A DNA stretch of 64,000 nt from Mobula hypostoma (GCF_963921235.1 NW_026948138.1:186001-250000); one strand, 5' to 3'. Counted from the first letter of the stretch, positions 42,603 through 54,478 are shown. Notes: a model not told the origin generated them from the letters alone. Numbers and translations are program-made.

Positions 42603-43270
42603 AATGATTTTATTTTATTTTTTATACACAGAGCCACACCACCCTCTCTGTCTACTAAGCTATCTTGCCAATATATCCTTGGATGTTCAGCTTCCAATGG
42701 CAGCCACCCTTTAGCCAAGTTTCAGAGATGGCCGCTATGTCATATTTGCCAATCAGTAGCTTAATTTCAAGATTGTCCATTTTATTACTTATGCTGCATG
42801 CATTTAAATATTAGTCCAGTATGTTTTGCTTTCTGTTTTAACTGCCCACACCTCTCTTGTACTGTAACACATGCCTCTGGCTGTGATTAAGACTCATTTC
42901 CTGCCTGTTCTTTCTATAACCTCTGTTGCGTGCTATCTTTGATTTATTTCTGTTTTCACCTTCCTCAACTCTATCACCTGGTTCCAATCCCCCTGCCAAA
43001 TTAGTTTAAACCCTCCCTAACAGCTCTATTAAATGTGCCTGCTAAGATATTGGACTCCTTTGGGTTCGTGTGTAACCCATCCTTTTTGTACAGGTTGTAC
43101 TTCCTCTAGAAGAGACCCCAATGATCCAGGAATCTGAAGCCCTGCCCCTTACACCAGTCTCTCAGACATTAATATGCCTGATCATGCTATTCTTGCACTG
43201 GTTAGCACGTGGCACAGCAGCAATCCTGAGATTACTACCCTAGAGGTCCTGCGTTACAGCTTCCTACCTA
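42603..43270 (-). mobile_element. CR1 LINE, 5' part (ORF2 start and ORF1 end); continuation of 32232-34609
   Basis: GGVALCIK APE motif and ORF1 3' sequence homologous to ~30950-31250. Confidence 0.8.
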
Positions 43271-44659
43271 ACACTCTGTTGAGACTGAAGTGTTTTGAAT
43301 GTTTAGTATCATAGATTTTGTAACTTGGGGTGACTCAGAAGTTTGGTCGAATGGTTCACTGTTTGTGTTTATACGTAATCAGCGTCTTCTGTCTCACTTA
43401 CCAAACCCGTGTGCCTGCTTCCTCATAGCACATCAGATGGCATGCCTTTAATGTTGCGGGGCGGGGTGCATGAAGTTTACATTACGCAGAGATTTTAGGT
43501 GTGTGAAATGGAATAACACAGAAGACAGAATTCAGAATTGGGAACTACTTTTTTTTCTTCATTGCAGAATACAATGAAATCTCAAAAGATGTGAAACTTG
43601 TTATTATTTTTCCCTTTCCTTCGCACCACTTGCTAAGAACACAATCCACCCAGTGCATCAACATTTAAATCAGAGGTGTCAGAGAATATTTACTTTTACC
43701 ACTACACCCTTTCCCACACGTTATTTCACGTCGCTGAGCATTCTTGTTAAAAGTGGCAACTAATTCTATGTTCAAACTGTCTTGATCCACAGGCCTACTT
43801 TATTCTTCGTCTGAATTTTCAACAACAGAAAAACAACTTTCCTTTCAAACTTGAACAGATCCTGGATTCCAACACTCCGCAACATCCTTCCTCTTTAATA
43901 TGTATCCCTCACATATTTCTGTCCGTTAGTGCTTTTGCTCCACCTCTGATAACAAGTGATCCATGGCATCGGCTTGACCACCATCTTTATAAGTTCTGAT
44001 TCCAGAATGATGGTGAGCTTTTCTTTGCCGATATTTGTCTCTGTATTCACAGTTTTGTTCAGGAATCTGTTCACAAGGCTGAGGGCACATTGTTTCTCCA
44101 CAGATGAATATAGAAATCACAAGATATACATACCATTCCATTCCTGCCTCTTCCATCTCCAGTCTAATCCACTTCTAAGCATAAACTATAACACTGTACA
44201 TGTTCCTCTAACCTACCCCCTTCTGCATGCAGTAGTGCATTCACTATGGCTGACCTCAATATTATCAAACTTAGTTATGATGGTGAAGTTGTGGAATGGT
44301 GAATTCCCTTTTAAATCACAGAAACTGAACACTAGCAATCAGAAACTCATTGTGCCACTCGTGGACTGTACACATATCTGAATATCAGGTAACTGTCTCC
44401 CAACCTATATTGATCACACTTTCTCTGGTGGTCAGTCTTCTCCAATTTGTAGACTGGGAATATCTCAGCCTCTCACACTCCACCGTGATCACTTCCCGAA
44501 GATTCACTGGAGGAACGCTCAAGACAGACCTACTGTTTAGGCGTTCACTTGCCCACATAATAATTCCTTCACTTTCACGTTATTCTTTCCATCATCCTGT
44601 CTCTTCTAATTTCCATCCACAACAGCTTTGATGCTTTCTGCCATTTTGACTGTTAATGC

Positions 44660-44970
44660 AACGGCCACATTGCTCCAACCACCCAGGTTCGATTCTGACT
44701 CTACCTGCGTGGAATTTGCACGTCCTACATGTGACCACACATGTTTCCTTTAGCTTCTCTGGGTTTTTCCCACATCTCTAAGTTAGCAAGTTTGATATGT
44801 TAATAGGCTTCTGTAAATTGCTGTTAGCACATGAAGATAAAAGGAATATCGTGAGGATGGTGCGAGGTCAAACTTTTTAAATAGTATTCCCTCTAGAATA
44901 GGGGAAATAAATATCACAAGGAAATGAGCAGATTAATATAAGGGCCAGCATAGAACCAATGGGATTGACA
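44660..44970 (+). mobile_element. Degenerate tRNA-derived V-SINE (HE1-like)
   Basis: B-box GGTTCGATTC at 44686, followed by V-core-like tgcgtggaatttgcacgtcc...gtttcc...tcccaca...taaattg and a CR1-like tail near 44945-44970. Confidence 0.65.
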
Positions 44971-46827
44971 CATTTCCTTATCTTCCAAAATCCCAGCAAG
45001 ACTCAATGGACAGCACTCCATAATTTTCACCAAGTTTCATTGCATTCCAGCACCATTGATTTCTCTCTGCCCTCAGCACCTTTCAGTGTTCCAGATATAT
45101 TACTACCTCCACGAGTTACGTTCATATTCCTCCCACAACCCCTTCTTTATTCTTTAATTCAATGTGACCTACATTACTTTGGTCCCCTATGATTATAGAT
45201 ATTCCTGTTCATCCCTCCACTTCAACCAAGCCCAGTTTCTTTTGTCACTTTTTGATATACAGTAGGTTTATGCAAAACTCCCAACTGCAAGTACAATTGC
45301 AGTTTCTCTGGCACTAAAGTACTCAGGTCAGTGTAATGTACCAAGCTGAATTATGGCACTGTGGAAGTCATGGGAACTGCTCAATGCTGATCATGGGTGG
45401 GATACCAGGTTCCTCCTAAAGCTCTGGAAGAGCCAGAGTGGCGGCACAACAGCTCACAACCACTGCAACAATCAACTCAGCAGAAGAAGTTGCATTTTAG
45501 GTTTTCAAACATTTAAGCATAAGGAAGTACCATGATAATGGTTCTTGTGATTATTGTTCTTTGTAATCAAAATATCCCCATAAAATTAACAGGGTAATAT
45601 ATTACATATTTCATTTGTTGTTTTAAAAGCCCTCATGGGACACATTTCAAGGTAGCCTAGTGTCAGGAACCATTTCTGCACACTCAGTTTATGGCAGCTA
45701 ACAGAAAATACCCTTCCCAAACTATTTGCCCCCTAACCCACCCGTCCCATATTCCCATCAATCCCATCACTTTCTTCCAGTGATGGCAATTTACAGTGGC
45801 CAAGTCACCTGAAACAGAGAAACCTGTCCTATCGCAGACATAAAATACATGAAAAGATTAAAGAGGGGAGAACAGCTGACAGAATAGAACCCAGATCTCT
45901 GAAGCTCTGCAGTGATAACTCAAATGTTTGCATAATTTCCAGCCCATGCTTTGAGCTACTAACGAGTTCAAACTTGCTCATGGATAGTACCTTTACTGGC
46001 ATGTGTATGTTGGACAGATACACTAAGTTAAAAACATTAACAATATTTTGAATCCGTGTTGTACATTATTCAAGAAAAAATGAATGTAGTACTTGAATGA
46101 TATTTCATTTCATTAATGGTTAATGATTAATCAAAGAGAAAGGGATTTCATAAAGCAATATTTAGGCATAATTTCATGTTGAAAAAAGATTAACCCGCCC
46201 CAGCATAAAAAGTTAAATTCTTAGCATTTCTTAAAGTCACACATTTCTGGGTTGTCATGACTGAACAATCAGTGTCTTTTTAAATCATTTGTTTTCCCAT
46301 CTGTAATACTTTACCTTGCATTGCTGTTCAATGTAATGAATGGCATTGTCCTTGCACAATCATCAGACTGCCGTGCAGCATTCTGATTTTAATCTTTGTA
46401 GATATTACATGCATAAGCTGGGGCAGAATTTATTCAAAGTATGTTCAGAATTTAATTTCTACACAGGATACTACAAACTGGCAGCAATCTGAAACACAAT
46501 GCATCTGGCTTTATATCTGACTTGGTATGATGAAACTACACTGCAAAAGAGATTTTAAAAAATGAGGCCCCAGTGGGTTATATTGTACATACTTTAATCA
46601 TGTAAATTTGTCTTAAGGCAACAATACACATATTTGGAACTTAGTAAATTAATTAAAGAACAAAGTACATCACAACACGAATCAATCCAGCGTTCAAATC
46701 TGTAAATAAGCAAGTGAGCTTGTGTAAGATTCTCCCACAAGTTACTTCTAGTGCAACAAGCCTTCTGAAGATGGCTTCTTCCAGATCAGTTTTCTGTCCT
46801 TTGTTGGCACTGTAGCGTACTATAACC

Positions 46828-47045
46828 CACAAAATGCTGGAGCAACTCAGCAGTTCAGGCAGTTTTTATGAAGAGGGATAAACAGTTGATGTTTTGGATT
46901 CAGGCTCTTCATCAGGATCTGATCATGTCAAATGAATGTCAACTGATTATTTCTCTCCATGGATCATGTCTGCCCTGCTGAGTTCCTGCAGTATTTTGTG
47001 TCTGTGAATCTGGATTCCCAACATCTGTGGGATCACTTGTGTTTT
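46828..47045. mobile_element. Old inverted pair of Penelope-type 3' ends with a decayed hammerhead
   Basis: cacaaaatgctggagcaactcagcag (46828) is inverted relative to ctgctgagttcctgcagtattttgtg (~46975-47000). Minus strand has CTGATGA...AAAACATC at 46883-46919. Confidence 0.65.
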
Positions 47046-47968
47046 TGACGCGTAAAGCAGGTGCCACAACGTCTCTGCTGGAGACTGGAAAATTCCTCTG
47101 AAAACTGAAGTTCAGCGAAGAAAGCATAGGAGCACTTAATGCTCACTCCATAATATCAAGGTCATAATGTCTATGGTTTACTTCAATTATATTGACCCAT
47201 TTTCCCCACACAAACTAAAGAATCATTAATACAGCAGGACATTGAATTAATTGCCAAGATTTAAAGTAATTGAGTTTACTACACACATTGCAACATTTCA
47301 CTCTGTACTCAGCAATATTTTCTGATGACAACATTATTTCACGCTCTGCACTGAAACTGATTTCTGTGTCCATCTGCTATACAAGGAGGAATCACTGGTA
47401 TGCTTAAAGAAACTTTTGATGCAGCTTCAAATGAAAAGAATTGACCTGGATCATGAAATTTCCTTCTCTCACTGCAGTTGCTGCCTGATTTGGTGAGTAT
47501 CTCTCTCACTTGGTTTTCATTTCAGTTTTCAAGCAACTATGAAATTTTCTCTTATTTTTCACCAGGTGGGCGAAGAAATCTATGAAAGCAATATTTCAGA
47601 TAGAAGCAAGTCAATTTATTCATCTGTTTACCATGGAGTTTCTATGGGAGGAATGCCACAGAACAATCATGACAAATCAGCATTTACTAGGGCAAGATAT
47701 TTTCAGTCCTCAGTCTCCTACTGAAAATAAAATCCAGCTTGATATTGATGATGGGATACAATTAAATTCATTAATACTGGACTTGCAGTGGAAAAGACTG
47801 AATGTATTTTGCACAATCACAAATGGTGTGTTTTGAATAAATTCACAGGAGTGAGTTTCTTTTGGAAACAGTTTGGAATAATTTGAGATATTGGATGAGA
47901 CAGAGCTGTTTCCTCCAAGTGATCATAAAGGATGAGTTAAGCTCAGAATTGAAAAGGATATTACGTGA

Positions 47969-50320
47969 GCTTCCCCCACCACCACTCCGCAGCCCCGTCT
48001 TCCTCAGATCCCACCGTCAACTCCTGGGCCCTCAGAGGCTCCATCTTCCTCTCACCCCAACCCTCCCCTCTCCACTGACACCACCAGCCTCCCCCCTCCC
48101 CCCTCTGATCCCAGCTCTCATCCGTGCCGGGTCTTTACCATCCCCTCCGACCTTCAACTGTCTGAGGCAGAACGCTCTGTTCTCAGTAAGGGCCTCACCT
48201 TTGTCCCCCTTCGCCCACACCTCAGCGAGTTCCGTGTTCGCCACGATGCGGAACTTTTCTTCCGCCGTCTCCGTCTCCGAGCCTACTTCTTCGGCAAGGA
48301 CTCTTCCACCCCCACCGATGACCCCTTCTCTCGTCTTCAACCCTCCTCTTCTTTATGGACACCCCGCTCTGGTCTTCTGCCTGCTCTGGATCTCTTTATT
48401 GCCAACTGCCGACGGGACATCAACCGTCTCGACTTCACCGCACCTTGTCCCCATTCCAACCTCACTCCTTCGGAACGCTCTGCTCTCCACTCCCTCCACA
48501 CTAATCCTAACATTATTATTAAACCCGCTGATAAAGGGGGTGCTGTTGTAGTCTGGCGTACTGACCTCTACCTTGCCGAGGCACGGCGACAACTCGCGGA
48601 TACCTCCTCTTATTTACCCCTCGATCGTGACCCCACTAAGGAGCACCAGGCCATTGTCTCCCACACTATCAACGACTTTATCCGCTCAGGGGATCTCCCA
48701 TCCACTGCTACCAACCTTATAGTTCCCACACCCCGCACTTCCCGTTTCTACCTCCTACCCAAGATCCACGAACCTGCCTGTCCTGGCCGACCTATTGTCT
48801 CAGCTTGCTCCTGCCCCACCGAACTCGTTTCTGCATACCTCGACACTGTTTTATCACCCCTTGTTCAATCCCTTCCGACCTATGTTCGTGACACTTCTCA
48901 CGCTCCTAAACTTTTCGATGATTTTAAGTTCCCTGGCCCGCACCGCTTTATTTTCACCATGGATGTCCAGTCCTTATATACTTCCATCCCCCATCAGGAA
49001 GGTCTCAAAGCTCTACGCTTCTTTTTGGATTACAGACCTAATCAGTTCCCCTCTACCACCACTCTGCTCCGTCTAGCGGAATTAGTCCTTACTCTTAATA
49101 ATTTCTCCTTTTGCTCCTCCCATTTCCTCCAAACTAAAGGTGTAGCTATGGGCACCCGTATGGGTCCTAGCTATGCCTGCCTTTTTGTTGGGTTTGTGGA
49201 ACAATCTATGTTCCGTGCCTATTCTGGTATCTGTCCCCCACTTTTCCTTCGCTACATCGACGACTGCATTGGCGCTGCTTCCTGCACGCATGCAGAACTC
49301 GTTGACTTTATTAACTTTGCCTCCAACTTTCACCCTGCCCTCAAGTTTACCTGGTCCATTTCCGACACCTCCCTCCCCTTTCTAGATCTTTCTGTCTCTG
49401 TCTCTGGAGACAGCTTATCCACTGATGTCTACTATAAGCCTACTGACTCTCACAGCTATCTGGACTATTCCTCTTCTCACCCTGTCTCTTGCAAAAACGC
49501 CATCCCCTTCTCGCAATTCCTCCGTCTCCGCCGCATCTGCTCTCAGGATGAGGCTTTTCATTCTAGGACGAGGGAGATGTCTTCATTTTTTAAAGAAAGG
49601 GGCTTCCCTTCCTCCACTATCAACTCTGCTCTTAAACGCATCTCCCCCATTTCACGTACATCTGCTCTCACTCCATCCTCCCACCACCCCACTAGGAATA
49701 GGGTTCCCCTGGTCCTCACCTACCACCCCACCAGCCTCCGGGTCCAACATATTATTCTCCGTAACTTCCGTCACCTCCAACAGGATCCCACCACTAAGCA
49801 CATCTTTCCCTCCCCCTCTCTCTCTGCATTCCGCAGGGATCGCTCCCTACACAACTCCCTTGTCCATTCGTCCCCCCCATCCCTCCCCACTGATCTCCCT
49901 CCTGGCACTTATCCATGTAAGCGGAACAAGTGCTACACATGCCCTTACACTTCCTCCCTTACCACCATTCAGGGCCCCAAACAGTCCTTCCAGGTGAGGC
50001 ATCACTTCACCTGTGAGTCGACTGGGGTGATATACTGCGTCCAGTGCTCCCGATGTGGCCTTTTATATATTGGTGAGACCCGACGCAGACTGGGAAACCG
50101 CTTTGCTGAACATCTACGCTCTGTCCACCAGAGAAAGCAGGATCTCCCAGTGGCCACACATTTTAATTCCACATCCCATTCCCATTCTGACATGTCTATC
50201 CATGGCCTCCTCTACTGTAAAGATGAAGCCACACTCAGGTTGGAGGAACAACACCTTATATTCCGTCTGGGTAGCCTCCAACCTGATGGCATAAACATTG
50301 ACTTCTCTAACTTCCGCTAG
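47969..50320 (+). CDS. Penelope-like reverse transcriptase + GIY-YIG endonuclease; stop-free 783-codon frame, first in-frame ATG at 48959
   Basis: Manual translation is open from after TGA 47966-47968 to TAG 50318-50320. Motifs LSKGLTF, IKPADKG, LPKIH, RPIVS, DVQSLYTSI, GVAMG, RYIDD, Cys linker CKRNKCYTC, and VIYCVQCSRCGLLYIGET..RFAEH. Confidence 0.92.
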   Translation, partial: ASPTTTPQPRLPQIPPSTPGPSEAPSSSHPNPPLSTDTTSLPPPPSDPSSHPCRVFTIPSDLQLSEAERSVLSKGLTFVPLRPHLSEFRVRHDAELFFRRLRLRAYFFGKDSSTPTDDPFSRLQPSSSLWTPRSGLLPALDLFIANCRRDINRLDFTAPCPHSNLTPSERSALHSLHTNPNIIIKPADKGGAVVVWRTDLYLAEARRQLADTSSYLPLDRDPTKEHQAIVSHTINDFIRSGDLPSTATNLIVPTPRTSRFYLLPKIHEPACPGRPIVSACSCPTELVSAYLDTVLSPLVQSLPTYVRDTSHAPKLFDDFKFPGPHRFIFTMDVQSLYTSIPHQEGLKALRFFLDYRPNQFPSTTTLLRLAELVLTLNNFSFCSSHFLQTKGVAMGTRMGPSYACLFVGFVEQSMFRAYSGICPPLFLRYIDDCIGAASCTHAELVDFINFASNFHPALKFTWSISDTSLPFLDLSVSVSGDSLSTDVYYKPTDSHSYLDYSSSHPVSCKNAIPFSQFLRLRRICSQDEAFHSRTREMSSFFKERGFPSSTINSALKRISPISRTSALTPSSHHPTRNRVPLVLTYHPTSLRVQHIILRNFRHLQQDPTTKHIFPSPSLSAFRRDRSLHNSLVHSSPPSLPTDLPPGTYPCKRNKCYTCPYTSSLTTIQGPKQSFQVRHHFTCESTGVIYCVQCSRCGLLYIGETRRRLGNRFAEHLRSVHQRKQDLPVATHFNSTSHSHSDMSIHGLLYCKDEATLRLEEQHLIFRLGSLQPDGINIDFSNFR

Positions 50321-50747
50321 GCCCCACCTCCCCCTCGTACCCCATCTGTTACTCATTTTTATGCACACATTCTTTCTCTCACTCTCCTTTTTCTCCCTCT
50401 GTCCCTCTGAATATACCTCTTGCCCATCCTCTGGGTCACCCCCCCCAATTGTCTTTCTTCCCAGACCTCCTGTCCCATGATCCTCTCGTATCCCCTTTTG
50501 CCTATCACCTGTCCAGCTCTCGGCTCTATCCCTCCCCCTCCTGTCTTCTCCTATCATTTTGCATCTCCCCCTCCCCCTCCAGCTTTCAAATCCCTTACTC
50601 ACTCTTCCTTCAGTTAGTCCTGACGAAGGGTCTCGGCCTGAAACGTCGACTGCGCCTCTTCCTATAGATGCTGCTTGGCCTGCTGCGCTCACCAGCAACT
50701 TTGATGTGTGTTGCTTGAATTTCCAGCATCTGCAGAATTCCTGTTGT
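47973..50747 (+). mobile_element. Penelope-like retroelement (Neptune-type), 5'-truncated
   Basis: Perfect 12-bp TSD TTACGTGAGCTT (47961-47972, 50748-50759). RT plus GIY-YIG ORF. Pyrimidine-rich 3' UTR containing a hammerhead. Confidence 0.95.
50616..50651 (+). ncRNA. Minimal type-I hammerhead ribozyme, predicted cleavage after C50647 (GUC)
   Basis: Stem I AGTC (50616-50619) pairs with GACT (50648-50651). Core CTGACGA (50620-50626). Stem II AGG/CCT. GAAA (50640-50643). Palindromic ACGT replaces stem III. Confidence 0.82.
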
Positions 50748-51627
50748 TTACGTGAGCTTAATTTACAGTTACAATTAAGATGTTAAGTTTTATAGATTTA
50801 TTTCAATAACATGTAATTTATTCTGTTATTTTGCAATATTTCGTATTATTCCTTACTCTGTGCATTGTGATTTGTTAACAAGTATTAATAAACTGCTTAG
50901 AATAATTCTGACTTGTTGTCCTGTATGGATAAGCATTCATATGAAACTCACAGACCTGCGGAACGGAGAGTTATCAACAATTGTTTGACTATTTTAGATG
51001 AGATCTAAATGTGCAAGGCTTCATTGATTCTGGATCTTGCCAGGAGCCTTGTACCAAATTCTCTAACAATGTTTTTCTTTAATTGTTTGGTGGTTCTCTT
51101 TAAGGTAAGAGAAACTGAACCGGTTGATAAGCACTGACACAAGCTGTTAACATCAGAGGTTATTACAGGTGTTTGGGGTGGCTCTTGACCTTTCAAGCAA
51201 TGATTTATAACATCTCAATTGATACAGACCAAGAATCAGCTATCATTTTGCCTATGCAGTTCTATTGTTAAACACGTAATTGGCTGAATAACACAAGGTG
51301 CTGCTGATTATTGCCCAGCTGCCCACCCGGTTGTGCCTTCTATAGGCCACACTTTATCCTTCATGCACACTTCTGAAGACAGATATAGTTTAAATTTAAA
51401 GTTTAATTCATATAGTAACACTCTGTTAATCTTGCACCAGTTTTCCAAATGCTGTGGATTGGAAACTCCCTCCCAACCCGGTAATGGATAAGAAATATTT
51501 CCAGGAACGAATGCAGGAGAAGTGAACATTATTGAGCAGAATTGCAGCAGGTTTTGGTGTTAGATGACATCAAATTATTAACCACGGCATGATATAAACT
51601 CACTGTGTAGATGCTGGTACAACCCAC

Positions 51628-52572
51628 TTAATCAGTTTCAACATCAACTTTCACCACACTCTCTGTATTCTTTGTAAGATCCTTCTGTGCAGCTCTCAGT
51701 ATCTTGTACGTCATGAGAAATGATGAGCCTGCTCTAAAAATGGAGCCAACGACAGGGACAAAATTGAGAGCAAATTGAAGGGCTGAAACAGCTACAACAA
51801 CAGCAACGCCCCAACCTAACCTCATAATTGCATCTGGGGTTATTCCCCCCTGCAGTGGAGTCGGCCAGGCCAAAGATCCTTTGCTTTACATTATTTAGTT
51901 CACCTTTAAGTCCTTTATTTAACCGAATGAAATCAAAATGATCCGGCTCTAAACTGGGTATCAGGAACACAGCTGGATCTGGAAACCCGGCCTCTGCCAA
52001 CCTCCTGAGACAGTCACTCCGAATCTTTTCCAGCTCTTCTTCTTCATTAGTAATCCCCTTCTATCTCTTCATGGAATAAAGATCAGCATCAATCTTAGAG
52101 CGGACAATATAGAACTTTTTCCCCAGCCGTTTAATCTCTTTGGCAAGATTTACAACACTTTCTTTGAATCGACAAGTGGAGATTATGATAAAGAAATCAT
52201 ATGCTTGAATTTAATTTCTGTGAGATATTTAGCTGCTGGAAATCGTGTAGTTCCAATCCCTGACAGGTCCCAATAGCGAACATTGGGCAGAGTGGGATGT
52301 GAGTACCCGGTTGGCTCCATTGTTGTTTCTGTGGTCCCAACTTCAGCTGCTCCCGGATCAATGCTCCGAAGTCGTCTGATGGCATTGATGAAGGTGGATT
52401 TTCCTGTACCTACTTCTCCCGTCACTGTGATGTTAAGCTCTGCTTTGTCCAGATCAGTTACTTTCTTCTCTATCAGTGGTTTAACTTTTTCCATCCCACC
52501 TGTTTCAAAATCAGACGTCAGTTTGTTCTGTTCTTCCTGTGTGTAGAATGAAGGGGTCTCATTCTCTGCCTC
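51628..52572 (-). pseudogene. Interferon-inducible GTPase (IRG/p47, IIGP5/IRGC-like, GKS class) pseudogene, main coding exon
   Basis: Acceptor CAG at 52575-52573 is in frame with EAENETPSF.... G1 GEVGTGKS, GTTETT, G3 WDLSG, YDFFII, G4 VRSKID, C-terminal VPVVGS. Frameshift near 52202, in-frame TAG at 52063-52061, and a deletion/frameshift near 51865. Confidence 0.9.
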
Positions 52573-52759
52573 CTGTTCACGGAAAGGAAATATGTTCCAT
52601 TAAAGTTCTCAACTGGAACAACTTCCATTTATATTTTCTATCATAGCATTCACAGAACATTCTCATGTCAGTCCCTCCCAGTAATGGTCCAAGTACTCTT
52701 TGCTGTTACAATTTGCTACCCAACAGCGATCTATATTCGTTATTATAATAAGCATAAGC

Positions 52760-52940
52760 ACAAGTAGAGTCATTGGAAAGTACAGCACAGAAACAGGTAT
52801 AGACCTGCACTGGGAGTATCGCGCTCCATACTCCTACTATTGCTGTACATATCCAAACTTCTCTTAAAAGTTAAAATCAAGCTCACAAACACCACTTATC
52901 CTGGCAGCTCATTCCACACTCTCATGATCCTCTGACCAGT
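52760..52940 (-). mobile_element. CR1 3'-end fragment
   Basis: agtacagcacagaaacagg...ggcagctcattccacactc, typical of the reverse complement of a CR1 3' region. Confidence 0.6.
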
Positions 52941-54478
52941 TAATATGCTTTGACTTTGCTTAACCACGATTGATTTAACTAATGGAGCATGTAGATCTCG
53001 ACCTGTTTGTCCACAGAGCAGCATTTTCACATATTTCTACCATTTCATTTCTGTTCATCCATGCTTCTTCACCTGTCACAAGGATTGAGAGTCCCAAAGG
53101 CAATGTTATCTGTCTGGTTCCTGGGTCTGGGACATCTCATCTAAACTGCAGGGAAATTATGCATGGGAAGTGGAAAGGTTTAGATTTTGTGGTTGATGTG
53201 TGTACCAGTGATCTTGGAAAAACAAGGGAAGAGTTTCTGGTGAGGAAATTTAAGAAGCTAGGGACTAAATTAAAATTAAGAAACAAACAGATAACAGCAA
53301 CATGCAATTTGCACCGAGTTCATAAGATCAGAAAGATAAATGTGTTGTCAAAGTTTGGTCTGGGAGAAGTGGGTATACATTTGTGGACTATTGGGTACCA
53401 GTGTTGGAGAAAGGGAGCTGTTCTGATGGGACAGGCTCTGCCTGAAGTATGCTGGGACCAGAACCCTGGCAAATCACATAACTAGGGCTGTGGTATAAAC
53501 TAAATTGTAGGGGGTGGGTTGAACAGGTTGGAAAAGTCAGTATAACGCTAAAGGGAAGGAGAATCCAGAGGAGGTTACAGAAATCTCTGAATTAATGAAT
53601 AAGACAAAGTTTAGAAAGGGATAAGAAATAATCTTCAGAAACATGGAGACAAAATTGAAAAGAGTGGTGAATACAGAACTGAATCTGTTTTATACATATA
53701 TATTTGCAAATATATATGTATGTATATTTGCATGATGCATTTATAATAAATTAGATGATCTCATTGCACAGTTACAGATTGCCAGGTATGATGATGAGGG
53801 CATCACTGGGTCATGGTTGAAGGAAAATCACAGCTGGTAGCTTAACATCCAAGAAGACATATAGTGTTAAAAGGACAGGCTGTTGTGCAGAAAGGTTGGG
53901 ATGGCTTTGTTTGTTTAAAAAAAAATAAAGTCACTAAAAATAAAATGCATATGATTAGAAGATGCAGTCCACAAGGGTTTAAAAAAAGACCCTGATGGGA
54001 GCTTTATATAGGCCTCCAAATGGTAGCAAGGATGTGGGTTACAAATTACATAGGAAGATAGAAAAGGCATGTAAAGAGGGTAATGTTATGTTGGCCCTGG
54101 GAGATTACAAAATATGCAGATTTGTTGGGAAATCAATTTGGTACTTGATTCCAAGAGAAAGAGTTGGTAGAATGCCTATAAGATGGCTTTTTCAAACAGC
54201 TTCTGGTTGAGACCATGAGGGAACATTCCGGATTAAGAGTTATGTAATCAGATTTGATTAAGGGGCCTAATGTAAAGGAACCCTTAAGAGATAGTCATCA
54301 TACTAGTATAGAATACATCCTGCAGTTTGAGAGGGACAAGATAAAATTGGATGTATCCGTATTAGAGTGCAATAAAGAGAATGACAGAAGCAGGAGAGAA
54401 GAGCAGCCAAAGTTCACTGTAAGGCAACACTAACAGGGATAATAGAAGAGTAATGGTTGAACTTTCTGAGAATAATTA

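Noticed and set aside
43956-47836. Short ORFs in AT-rich unique DNA
   Set aside because: No recognisable domains or consistent splice structure; lengths are expected by chance.
47862-48592. 229-aa plus ORF and antisense ORFs
   Set aside because: Alternate frames of the C-rich Penelope ORF; the 229-aa ORF crosses the insertion junction.
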